DNA from: Myxococcota bacterium
GTDB lineage: Bacteria > Myxococcota_A > UBA796 > GCA-2862545
Direction: 5' to 3'
Length of the DNA stretch: 64,000 nt
Assembly: GCA_039208735.1 (NCBI GenBank)
Contig: JBCCQY010000005.1
Span: 1-64,000, forward strand
Under the pieces are notes generated by a model. It worked only from the letters and a program-made list of their open reading frames with translations. It did not search any database and was not told where the DNA came from. Position 1 is the stretch's first letter, and each line of letters opens with the position of its first letter. Shown here one piece after another: positions 9,892-19,075 of the stretch. The position numbers were made by a program, and so were the translations under genes.

Positions 9892-11430
9892 TCAACGTTG
9901 CCAGACGACTTCGCCTTCGACGACCGTCGCGATGGGCACGAACTCGTCTTGCCAAAGCGTAAGGTCCGCCAGTTTGCCGGGCGTGAGTGAACCGAGGCGG
10001 GCCTCGTCTCCTACGGCGTACGCGGCGCCCTGCGTGAATGCTGCGATCGCTTCGTCGAGGGTGACCACTTCTTCGATGCGCCAACCGTCTCGAACCGTGG
10101 CGGCTCGTAGGCCATCGGCGGGTGACGGGGCTTCGACGGGCAGGTCGGATCCGAAGGCCACGGCGGCCCCTGCATCGACGAGGGAGCGCCAACGGTAGCC
10201 CCAGGCCATCCGATCGGGGCCGAGGCGATCTTCCGCCCACGGCCGATCGCTCGTCGCGTGGGTGGGCTGCACCGATGCGATCGCCCGCAACGTGGCAAAT
10301 CGGGGCACGTCCTCGGGTTTTACGACTTGGGCGTGCTCGACGCGATGCCGCACCCCGCTGGATCGGGCCCCGCGGGCTCCTTCGATCGCGTCGAGAGCGA
10401 TGGTCACGGCGCGATCGCCAATGGCGTGAATGGCGACCTGGCCGCCCGTGGCATCCAGCGCGACGGTCCATTCCGCCATCTCCTGGGCCGAGGTCAAGGC
10501 AAGCCCTATGTGGTCGGGTTCATCGGCATAGGGCGCCGAAAGCAACGCGCCTCGAGACCCCAACGCTCCATCGCCATACAGCTTGACGCCTTGCACCCGG
10601 AGTCGCGCCGGTCCATGCCAAGGCCCCTCCGTGCGGAGTCGCTGGGCCGCCTTCGAATCCGGGCTCATGTAAACCCACAACCGCATGGGTAGGGCCCCCT
10701 CGGCGTCTGCGGCGGTCATCACATCGAGGGTCGCATCGTCGATGCCCATCACATGAACGCCAGTGAGCCCGTACGTGACGAGGTCGGCGAGTCCGCGAGT
10801 GAGGTACCGACGAAGATCGTCGGGGGTAGGGGATGGAGGGCTCACCAAGCTCATCGCGGCGTCGATGAGAATCCCGTTCGGGCGTCCCTTCGCGTCCCTA
10901 AGGATTTGTCCCCCGGGAGGATCTGGTGTTTGGGCGGTGATGCCCGAGGCATCGAGCGCCGCCTGGTTGACCCACACCGCGTGTCCGTCCACGCGGCCCA
11001 GTCGGGTGGGCCGACCCTCGGTCCGAGCGTCGAGATCGGCGAGGCGGGGCCACGTGCCGGCTGGGGCGTCGGGCCAGTCGTTCTGGTCCCATCCTCGGCC
11101 CAGCAGCCACCCTTTCCCGGAACTTGCCGTCTCGATCCGATCGAGGGTTTCGGCGTAGGTCATAGCCCCTGTCAGGTCGAGTTCCTCAAGCACGCGGCCG
11201 TAGGCCACAGGATGGGCATGAGCGTCGACGAAGCCGGCCGTGACGCGGTCTGCGTGCAACACGACGGTCTGGGGGCCCACCCGAGCCGTCGTGCCTGCGG
11301 GGGCCACGGCGGTGATGCGACCGTCTTCGACCACCACATCGACATCCGCCTGGATCACGAGGTCGGCTGGGGGTTGGGTTGCTGGGGAGGGCGTGGGGCG
11401 CATCGTGCACCCCCAAAGCCACCACGTCAT
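9892..11430 (-). CDS. Amidohydrolase 3 (YtcJ-like)
   Basis: GFVDAHAH, GRGWDQNDW, KLYGDGALGSRGA, HAIGD, RHRVEHAQ, FGSD, GKLAD. Confidence 0.9.
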   Translation of the reverse strand: MTWWLWGCTMRPTPSPATQPPADLVIQADVDVVVEDGRITAVAPAGTTARVGPQTVVLHADRVTAGFVDAHAHPVAYGRVLEELDLTGAMTYAETLDRIETASSGKGWLLGRGWDQNDWPDAPAGTWPRLADLDARTEGRPTRLGRVDGHAVWVNQAALDASGITAQTPDPPGGQILRDAKGRPNGILIDAAMSLVSPPSPTPDDLRRYLTRGLADLVTYGLTGVHVMGIDDATLDVMTAADAEGALPMRLWVYMSPDSKAAQRLRTEGPWHGPARLRVQGVKLYGDGALGSRGALLSAPYADEPDHIGLALTSAQEMAEWTVALDATGGQVAIHAIGDRAVTIALDAIEGARGARSSGVRHRVEHAQVVKPEDVPRFATLRAIASVQPTHATSDRPWAEDRLGPDRMAWGYRWRSLVDAGAAVAFGSDLPVEAPSPADGLRAATVRDGWRIEEVVTLDEAIAAFTQGAAYAVGDEARLGSLTPGKLADLTLWQDEFVPIATVVEGEVVWQR

Positions 11431-11553
11431 GCTGCCCCCGAAGGCTCGTTGGAAGACCTGTCTTAAGATCGATTAAGCGGAGGTTCATTCCTCCGATGCC
11501 TACAACGTTCCCACCACGAAGGCCCGCTGGCCACGCTCGGAGGGAGACCGATC

Positions 11554-13023
11554 ATGAGGCTTCAACTGTACACCGCGCTCGCTTTAGCGGGCCTCCTCGC
11601 CGCCGGATGCACGGGAGAGTCCAACGAAGACAACCCCGAGGACCCCGGGACGACCGAGACCGGCACTGCAGACCCCGAAGACACGTCAACCGACGACACC
11701 GGCACCGACGACACCGGCACCGATCTTCCGGAGCCCGATGTCCAGGTCGTCCTGCTGGCGGGCCAGTCGAACATGGCGGGCCGAGCCAGCGCCGCGGACC
11801 TTCCGGCCCAGCTCCAGGTCTCGCAGGACGACGTCCAGCTGTTCTACAGCGGGGGTGGGTCCCTCATTCCCGACATCCTGACCCCGTTAGAGTCGGGCAG
11901 CGGCTCCGACCTTGGGCCCGAGGTCACCCTGGGTCGCACCCTGGCCGACCTGGTGCCTGACGACGACTTCGTGCTCATCAAGCACGCGGTCGGCGGCACG
12001 AGCCTGTTCGAAGACTGGGATCCGGACACCGGCGTCGAGTATCAGGAGCTGTCGGACACGGTGGCCGACGGCCTGCAGGCGCTCGTCGATCAGGGCCTGA
12101 CGCCCGAGGTTCGCGGTTTCGTGTGGCTCCAGGGCGAGGCTGACGTGGTGCAGGGGCGCACCCAGGAGCAGTACACGGCAGACCTGACCGCCTTCGTCAA
12201 TGCCGTGCGGACCGACTTCGCCGGCGGCGACGATCTGCGCTTCGTCGTCGGACGGCTCTCCGACCGGCAATTCGCCGGTTCTGGATTTTCGAACGGCCGA
12301 GAGGATATCCAGGCAGCGCAAGACGAGGTCGCGGGCACGGTTGCCAACGTGGCGCTTGTCGACACCGACGACCTCACCCTGAACGACGACCGCCACTACG
12401 ACACGGCGGGGCAGCTGGCGATGGGCACGCTCCTCGCCCGGGCGTTGCTCGAGCAGCCGCAAGCCTCCGACACGGCGCAGTTCGACTTCGGACTCGTGGG
12501 ACAGAAGCTGGACATCGAAGAGCCGGGGTTCACGCCCTTGCAGCTCAAGTCGGGCGGGAGCTCCGACTCCGTCCTCGTGGTCGATCCTGCGTCCGGATGG
12601 ACGATCCGCCTCGACTCTGCCGATCCCGACACCAACCTCATTGGGCGCAACCGGGGCCCATTGGGGACCCCCGTCGGTAGCGCGTTCACCCTCGAGGCCG
12701 TGTACATCGACTTCGTCACCGCCATCAGGACATTCACGATCGGCGGGCTCGATCCTGCGCGCACCTACGACGTGCAGTTCTGGATGTTCGACGACAACAC
12801 TTCGGACCTCCGCACGCAGACGCTCACCTTGACAGATGGCACCGAGCTCGGCAGCACCGACGGCCCAGGAAACGAGGACCGAGAGCTCACCGACGACGAC
12901 GCGTTCTCGATCGTGGGCCGCGCGCTTACTCCCGAGCCCGACGGCACGCTCACCCTTACCTGCGCCAACAGCGTCACCGTCGACCGCTGCCTCACCAACG
13001 GCATTGTGATCACCGAGAACTGA
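11554..13023 (+). CDS. Sialate O-acetylesterase/CE6-type SGNH esterase lipoprotein with C-terminal beta-sandwich domain
   Basis: Lipobox LAAGC; LAGQSNM, WLQGEAD, DDRHY; Thr/Asp-rich linker (DDTGT repeats). Confidence 0.85.
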   Translation: MRLQLYTALALAGLLAAGCTGESNEDNPEDPGTTETGTADPEDTSTDDTGTDDTGTDLPEPDVQVVLLAGQSNMAGRASAADLPAQLQVSQDDVQLFYSGGGSLIPDILTPLESGSGSDLGPEVTLGRTLADLVPDDDFVLIKHAVGGTSLFEDWDPDTGVEYQELSDTVADGLQALVDQGLTPEVRGFVWLQGEADVVQGRTQEQYTADLTAFVNAVRTDFAGGDDLRFVVGRLSDRQFAGSGFSNGREDIQAAQDEVAGTVANVALVDTDDLTLNDDRHYDTAGQLAMGTLLARALLEQPQASDTAQFDFGLVGQKLDIEEPGFTPLQLKSGGSSDSVLVVDPASGWTIRLDSADPDTNLIGRNRGPLGTPVGSAFTLEAVYIDFVTAIRTFTIGGLDPARTYDVQFWMFDDNTSDLRTQTLTLTDGTELGSTDGPGNEDRELTDDDAFSIVGRALTPEPDGTLTLTCANSVTVDRCLTNGIVITEN

Positions 13024-13194
13024 AGCGGGCTCCCCGTTTGGCGACGCGCTGCCACCGGTTCGCTCGGTCGGTGGTTGCCCGTCGTTCCGATCTGCGAGAC
13101 GGGCTCGCACAAGGGTGACGTCCGCCCTATGCTGACGACCGGGCGACCGCGGAACGTCCACCCACGCCCGTTTGACCAGCTTCCGGGGGCACCC

Positions 13195-14562
13195 ATGTGG
13201 GCATGGCTGTTGGCACCACTGGCGATGGCCACCGATGCAGATAGCATCGGGATTTGCGGCTATCGTGCCTTGTTGATCGGCGTGGAGGCGTATGCCGACC
13301 CCGACATCAACGACCTCGATACGCCCCACGAAGACATCGCGGCGCTCTCGCAAACCTTGGCCGATCGCTATGGCGTACAGACCGAGGTGCTCGAGGATCC
13401 GAACCGTCGGGCGTTGCTCGATGCCTTGGACGGTTTGCGCACCACGACCCGGGAATGTGAGGCGGTCATCGTCTACTTTGCGGGCCACGGCATCTACGAT
13501 GAGGCGGCTGACGAGGGCTACTGGTTGCCAAGTGACGCGGACGAGAACAGTCGGGCCACGTGGATTTCCAACGCAGATGTGGCCAGCGGCGTCAATGCAC
13601 TTGAGGCCCGGCACGTCCTATTGGTGTCGGATTCGTGCTTTGCCGGGTCGTTGTTTCGCACGCGAGGGATTGACGTGGCGCGTTCGGGCGACGCGGCCAC
13701 CCAAGAGGCCTCCCGTCTGGCGCGAGATCGCAGTCGATGGGTGCTGACGAGCGGCGGGAACGAGCCTGTGGTGGACCAGTATCGTGATGGCCTTTCGGTC
13801 TTTGCCTACTTCCTGCGACAGCAACTTTCGACCGTCGAGTCCCGGTTCGTCGTTGTGGATGCGCTCTTTCCTCAAATCCGTTCGCTGGTGGTGGCGAATG
13901 CGGCGCAGACGCCCCGCCAGGGGCCGTTTCGGGGCACGGGCCATGAGGGCGGCCAGCTCGTTTTGGTCAACCGCGACGCGTCGGCGAACGCCGGCCTCAA
14001 CACCGCGGTGTTCACGGCGCCCCCGGCGAGCGAAGGCCCGGCCCAACGCGACAGTCGCCCGGAAGCGCCGGCGTGGTGGGTGGCCGGCATCGTGCTGGGG
14101 CTCGGTGCGTTCGGCGTGGGGGGCTTGTTCTGGCTGTTGCGTCGGTCGACCGCACCGCCCGACGCGCCAGCGTCCCCGACGTTGCGGGGCCTAAAGCGGC
14201 AAACCTACCAGGGGTTGTGGAACCGAATCGAGCGGCTTCACGTTGACCTACGGCGAGGTCAGGTGGACCCCGAGGACTACGCCAAGCGTGTGGGCGACGT
14301 GAACGCCTTTGTCATCGAACGGGGACTGCACATTGAACCCGACGATGCCGCCTTGATTGACCGCTACCTGAAGGGGTTGGTGCGATTGAAGGAGGCGGCG
14401 TCGGCGGCCGGTGACGACGCCGAGGCAGACTTCGAAACCACGGGGGCGTTTCAAGCGAGCGTGCTTCAGGACGCGCCCGAATTGGCCTCGGTCGACGAAG
14501 AGGTGAGGGGACTGCGCGAAGCACTTCGTCAGAAGGTGCAGTCCCTCTACGCGGAACCGTGA
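13195..14562 (+). CDS. Caspase-family (peptidase C14) protein with internal TM helix and C-terminal helical domain
   Basis: ALLIG..Y, YFAGHG, SDSCF dyad motifs; TM WWVAGIVLGLGAFGVGGLFWLLRR. Start chosen at ATG 13195. Confidence 0.85.
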   Translation: MWAWLLAPLAMATDADSIGICGYRALLIGVEAYADPDINDLDTPHEDIAALSQTLADRYGVQTEVLEDPNRRALLDALDGLRTTTRECEAVIVYFAGHGIYDEAADEGYWLPSDADENSRATWISNADVASGVNALEARHVLLVSDSCFAGSLFRTRGIDVARSGDAATQEASRLARDRSRWVLTSGGNEPVVDQYRDGLSVFAYFLRQQLSTVESRFVVVDALFPQIRSLVVANAAQTPRQGPFRGTGHEGGQLVLVNRDASANAGLNTAVFTAPPASEGPAQRDSRPEAPAWWVAGIVLGLGAFGVGGLFWLLRRSTAPPDAPASPTLRGLKRQTYQGLWNRIERLHVDLRRGQVDPEDYAKRVGDVNAFVIERGLHIEPDDAALIDRYLKGLVRLKEAASAAGDDAEADFETTGAFQASVLQDAPELASVDEEVRGLREALRQKVQSLYAEP

Positions 14563-14605
14563 CGGTGGACAAGAACTGTCCGGTTTTGCCGTTACGTCCC
14601 ATTTC

Positions 14606-16171
14606 ATGGTTCGACGGTTGGCCAGTGTAGATTTAGGGGCGGTGCAACGGGCCTGGCGCAGGCGTGATTTGTCCGCGACCACCATGGCCCTTGCCGATCT
14701 GTGGCGAGCGTCGGCGCACCCGTTGGTGGCCAAGGCGCTTCGTGAAATTGGGCAGGCTGCGGCCGAAGCGCTGGATGCGCGAACCGCCCTGTCGGAGTTC
14801 CCAAAGAGCGTCCCTTCCTCTGTGGCGATTCCCTTACTTGGAGCGTGGGTCCGGAAGCGCACGCGCGGTGATGCCGTGGCCTTGCGGGTTCAAGCCATCG
14901 TCGATGGCTACGACCGTGACCCCCGCTTGTCGGACTTGGCGATCGATCTGTTGGCCAATTCGCCTTCGAAACGCAGCATTCCGCTCGATCGGGCGGTGTG
15001 GCGGCTCCTCAAGAAGCAGCGCGACCCACGGGCCTTCGTCAAAATCCTTGAGGTCGACGACCATCCCCATCTGCGTCGGGGGCGCCAGGGGTGGATGGCC
15101 GATGGCGTGGGCCGGGTGTTCAACAAGCAACTGTCGCGTTTCATGGATCTGAAGGGAACCCCTGGTTGGTCGCCAAAGCGTGTACCGGTCGAGGTGCTGC
15201 GCGATTTGCGGGAACTGCTCCGAGCGTTTCGGCGCGAACGGCGGCTCGGACCCGGCGGGGATTCGGCGAGAGAGCTGCTCGAAGCCATCCTGGCCGATCC
15301 CAAAGAAGATGGACCGCGCGCGGTCTACGCCGATTTGCTGACCACCCAAGGGCTGCCTAGCGGCGAGTTCATTCTGTTGCAACTCCAAGAGGCCGCCGGC
15401 ACGCTCGATGATGCAGGCCAGGCGCGCATGCAACAGTTGTTTGATGCGTATGGCCATGCATGGGCCAAGCGCGTCGTCCCCGATTGTGTGTTGGCTGTCG
15501 AGGATTTCCGAAGGGGATTCTTTACCCGAGCGCGTCTCCGTCACCCGTTGCTCGCCGATCCAGGCGCCGTCGACTGGTGGACGGTCGAGGAAGTTCGGCT
15601 GCTTGCGCCCGAGGCGCTTCTTGCGTTGGTCGAAGGTCGCTCGTTTCGTTCACTGCACACGGTTCACGGCGTGCGCATGTACAACCTGTCGCTCCTGGCC
15701 GATGCACATCCGCGGCTGCAGCGCCTCGTGTTCTCGAGAAACCCAAGGTGGATGGGAGGCAGTGCGGTGCCCAAAGATCCCTGTGGTTTTCGAAACCTTC
15801 GTGAATTGGCGCTTGGGCGTCGAGAATTCGAGGCATTCCCTTGGCTCACGGCCGGACTGGCGCGTCCCCTTCGGCGCTTGCGGGTCGATGTGCAGCAGGC
15901 CCGGTGGGCATCGGATGTAGGCTGGATCCTCGAGCATCGCGAAGCCATGGCCAAGGGCGTGGATTTGGTCGTGAAAGACCGGATGCGGATCCACTTTCGC
16001 CGTCGCGACGGGGGCTGGTCGATCGGGGTTCACTGCCAGAGCCCTCTCGGAGGCGGAGGACTGTCTGCATTGCCTCGCGAAGAGGTGGTGCTGTTTTGCA
16101 GTGAAGACGCCGATCAACGGGCTAAGGCCGCGCGCCGGTTTCCCAATGCCCGCCTCATCGAGCGGCCCTAG
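14606..16171 (+). CDS. TIGR02996 (repeat-companion) domain protein
   Basis: LLEAILADPKEDGPRAVYADLL...GEFILLQL...FRRGF, followed by LRR-like segments. Confidence 0.75.
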   Translation: MVRRLASVDLGAVQRAWRRRDLSATTMALADLWRASAHPLVAKALREIGQAAAEALDARTALSEFPKSVPSSVAIPLLGAWVRKRTRGDAVALRVQAIVDGYDRDPRLSDLAIDLLANSPSKRSIPLDRAVWRLLKKQRDPRAFVKILEVDDHPHLRRGRQGWMADGVGRVFNKQLSRFMDLKGTPGWSPKRVPVEVLRDLRELLRAFRRERRLGPGGDSARELLEAILADPKEDGPRAVYADLLTTQGLPSGEFILLQLQEAAGTLDDAGQARMQQLFDAYGHAWAKRVVPDCVLAVEDFRRGFFTRARLRHPLLADPGAVDWWTVEEVRLLAPEALLALVEGRSFRSLHTVHGVRMYNLSLLADAHPRLQRLVFSRNPRWMGGSAVPKDPCGFRNLRELALGRREFEAFPWLTAGLARPLRRLRVDVQQARWASDVGWILEHREAMAKGVDLVVKDRMRIHFRRRDGGWSIGVHCQSPLGGGGLSALPREEVVLFCSEDADQRAKAARRFPNARLIERP

Positions 16172-17938
16172 AGCACCGATCAGCATAGAGCGGGAAATCG
16201 AAGTCTAGACCGGAAAGATGGTGGCGGGACTCGGGGACTGCTGAGGTTCTACGATCGGAATCGGCGGGTGCCGCCCGGTGTGCGGTGGATGACCCTCGAC
16301 AAGGCCGACCGTGTCTGATCTTCTGGGGCCCGGAGGTACCCGATGGCCCGAGCCGCTCGATGGAGACCGCCCGTGGAACTGCGCGCCGAGGAGAAGCCGA
16401 TCATCAAGCGGCTGAAGCGCGTCGGGAAGTTGTTCGCGTTCTTGCGGAAGCGTCGACACGAGCTGTTCGACGAGCCGTTCCGCGAGGAGCTGGATGCGAT
16501 GTACGCCGACGCGCCGCGAGGAACGCCGCCGAAGGACCCCATGTTGATGGGGTTGGTGCTCCTGCTGCAGGCCTACGAAGGCGCTTCGGACGCGGTGGCG
16601 GTGGAGAACGCCATGTTCGACCGACGATGGCAGCTGGTGCTGGACTGCCTGGGGATGGAGCGTCCTCCGTTCTCGCAGGGAGCGATCGTCGACTTCCGGC
16701 GACGGCTGATCGCCCACGACATGGACCGTCGGCTGCTGGAACGGACGGTCGAGCTGGCCCGAACCACGGGAGACTTCGGGCACAAGGCCCTTCGGGTGGC
16801 GCTGGACTCCGCACCGCTGCAGGGGGCCGGTCGGGTGGAAGACACCTACAACCTCATCGCCCACGCGATGGAGGCCGTGGTGGACTGTGCGGCCATGTGC
16901 GCCGGACTCCGGCCCGAAGCCGTGGCGGAGCAGGCCTGCCTGGCGCTGTACGGCGACGCGAGCATCAAAGCCTCGCTCGACATCGACTGGTCGGATGACG
17001 AAGCGAAGGCCGAGGCCCTGCAGCGCATCCTGGCCGAGGTCGACACCCTGCGCTCGTGGGTCACGGCGCACGTGCCCGAACCGATGGACGGCGACTTGCA
17101 GCGAGCGCTCGACCTGCTCGCCAGGCCGTCGAGCAAGACCTCGAGCCCGATCCCGACCGCCCGGGGCGGTCCCGCATTCGGCAGGGGGTCGCCAAGGACC
17201 GCCTCATCTCGGTGACGGACCCCGAGATGCGCCATGGGCGCAAGTCGAAGTCGAAGACCATCAACGGCTTCAAGAAGCACGTGGCGGTCGACCTCGACGA
17301 AGGACTGTTCCTGGCCGCAACCGCACGTCCTGCCAACGAGCGGGAGCATGCGGCGGAGCTTGAGCTCCGACGCGATGTCGAGCGACTGGGCAAGGTCTCC
17401 GAGTTGCACGCTGACCGAGGCTACCTGCCCGGCTCCTGGCTGCCCGAGCTGCATCGCGAGGGCAAGTCCGCGGTCTCGAAGCCGTGGATGACCTCGAGCG
17501 CACGTTTCGCCAAGGCGGACTTCACCTTCGACTTCGAGCGGAACGAGGTGCAATGCGCGGCTGGCCAGACCACCGCCATTCGTGAGCGACCCAGCGGCCG
17601 CGCCGCGTCGTTCTTGGGCAAGATCTGCTGCGACTGCCCGTTGCACGACGACTGCCTGCCTGCCGGCAAGCGGCAAGGGCGCCAGATCAACCTCCATCCC
17701 AACGAGGAGTTCCTTCAGCACCTTCGGGGGCTCACCAGAACGCCCGAGGGGCGCGCACTTCAACGGCAGCGCGTCACCGTCGAGCACCGGCTCGCTCACC
17801 ATTGCCGTCGACAGGGCGCTCGTGCGCGCTACATCGGCGTCCGGAAGAACACGTTCGATTGCCGCCGCATCGCCGCCGTCGAGAACCTCCACGTCATCGA
17901 TCGGCTGGCTGCATAGCGGCATTTACCCGCTCGGTGCT
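16172..17938 (+). mobile_element. IS1182-family insertion sequence with CTAG target duplication
   Basis: Terminal inverted repeats AGCACCGA (16172-16179) and TCGGTGCT (17931-17938); CTAG directly repeated at 16168-16171 and 17939-17942; transposase inside. Confidence 0.85.
16343..17916 (+). pseudogene. IS1182-family DDE transposase, frameshifted near 17122
   Basis: N-terminal half (LLQAYEGASD, LDSAPL) and C-terminal half (ISVTDPEMRHGRK, GFKKH, ADRGY, CAAG..CCDCPL..C, RVTVEH) lie in different frames; one extra base at CTCGCCAGG would join them. Confidence 0.85.
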
Positions 17939-19017
17939 CTAGTCAATCGCTGCAGGCGTCGGGTGAGGTCGTCGAGGCGACGTTGCCAGTCCTCGACCGA
18001 CGCCATTCGTTCGCGCACATCGGGGAAGTGGGGGTCATCCCGACGGGCCCAATGCCAGGCGGTAAACCCCATCACGCGCATCAGCATGAGTGGCTCGACA
18101 AGCTCGGCCGCCTCATCAGGAAGTGCACGCCGCCGCCGGTATCCTTCGATGAGGAGTTGCCGGACCTTGGCTCTCGCGGCGTAATGTGCGTCGAAGGCGG
18201 CATCGTCTGCACTCGGGCCAAGGCGCACGGGCGTGGTGTCCGGCTGGCCAGCCACCGTGTAGCCCCAATCCAACGTGAGCAAGTCCTGCATCGCGGGGCC
18301 GACCATCGTGTCGTCGAAGTCCATGAATACCGGCTCAGGTCCTGGCCATAGCAGGTTGTTCATGCCGAGATCGCCGTGAATGCGGAGGAGCGGGACTCCG
18401 GCAAAGCGATTTGCGCAAACTTCGATGAGGGCCTCGACGCGTTCGCGGAAGGGTTGCTGGACAGACTTGGGCACGGCACCGGTCGACTCGAGGAACCGGA
18501 GGTTGCCGCCAAGCACCGAGGCCGGTGTCCAGCGGGGGCGATGGGGAGCGTCCCGCATTTCCCCGACATCGTGCAATTGTGCGACCCGCTCGCCAAGGTC
18601 GCGAACCTCGTCGGCGCGAAGTTCGGTTCGGTCCTCCATGGTGGACCGATCGCCGATCACCCGGTCGAGGACCACGTAGTGGATGCCGTGCCAGGTGCCA
18701 ATGCGCCCCCCATCGGCGAGCGGTTGGGGAACGAGCACGGCAAGCCCCGCCGCGGCGAGTTCCTCGATGAAGGTCACCTCATCTTGCAGGGCTGCGTGAG
18801 ACCAGCGGCCAGGCCGGTACATCTTGATGATGGGGCCTGGTTCATCGTGCGGTCCAAAGCCGTACACGCGGTTCTCGAGACTCTCGTAGTCCGTAAACCG
18901 CATGGGAACCTGGGTTCGCACGAGAGGAAGCACGTCGCGTGCGTTGAGCGTGTGAAACCGTTGGGCTGCGGCAGGGGCGCCGTCGGTCCAATGGGCGAGC
19001 CAGAAATCGGGATCCAT
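17923..19017 (-). CDS. srkA: SrkA/RdoA (YihE)-like Ser/Thr kinase, APH phosphotransferase fold
   Basis: SLENRVY, KMYRPGRWS, IHGD..NN, DFDD, GPAMQDL, RRDDPHFP. The stop codon lies inside the IS end. Confidence 0.75.
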   Translation of the reverse strand: MDPDFWLAHWTDGAPAAAQRFHTLNARDVLPLVRTQVPMRFTDYESLENRVYGFGPHDEPGPIIKMYRPGRWSHAALQDEVTFIEELAAAGLAVLVPQPLADGGRIGTWHGIHYVVLDRVIGDRSTMEDRTELRADEVRDLGERVAQLHDVGEMRDAPHRPRWTPASVLGGNLRFLESTGAVPKSVQQPFRERVEALIEVCANRFAGVPLLRIHGDLGMNNLLWPGPEPVFMDFDDTMVGPAMQDLLTLDWGYTVAGQPDTTPVRLGPSADDAAFDAHYAARAKVRQLLIEGYRRRRALPDEAAELVEPLMLMRVMGFTAWHWARRDDPHFPDVRERMASVEDWQRRLDDLTRRLQRLTRAPSG

Positions 19018-19075
19018 GATGGGAACTCGTATTGGGTCACGGCCCTGAGATCGCGTCGACGGGGCTCATGAGGCC

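Noticed and set aside
17100..17215. Programmed ribosomal frameshift in the transposase
   Set aside because: No slippery A-rich heptamer at the junction, and IS1182 transposases are normally single ORFs; an indel is more likely.
18980..19017. SrkA N-terminus MDPDFWLAHW resembling the start of thiopurine methyltransferases
   Set aside because: Only about 10 residues, with no further methyltransferase sequence; likely coincidence.
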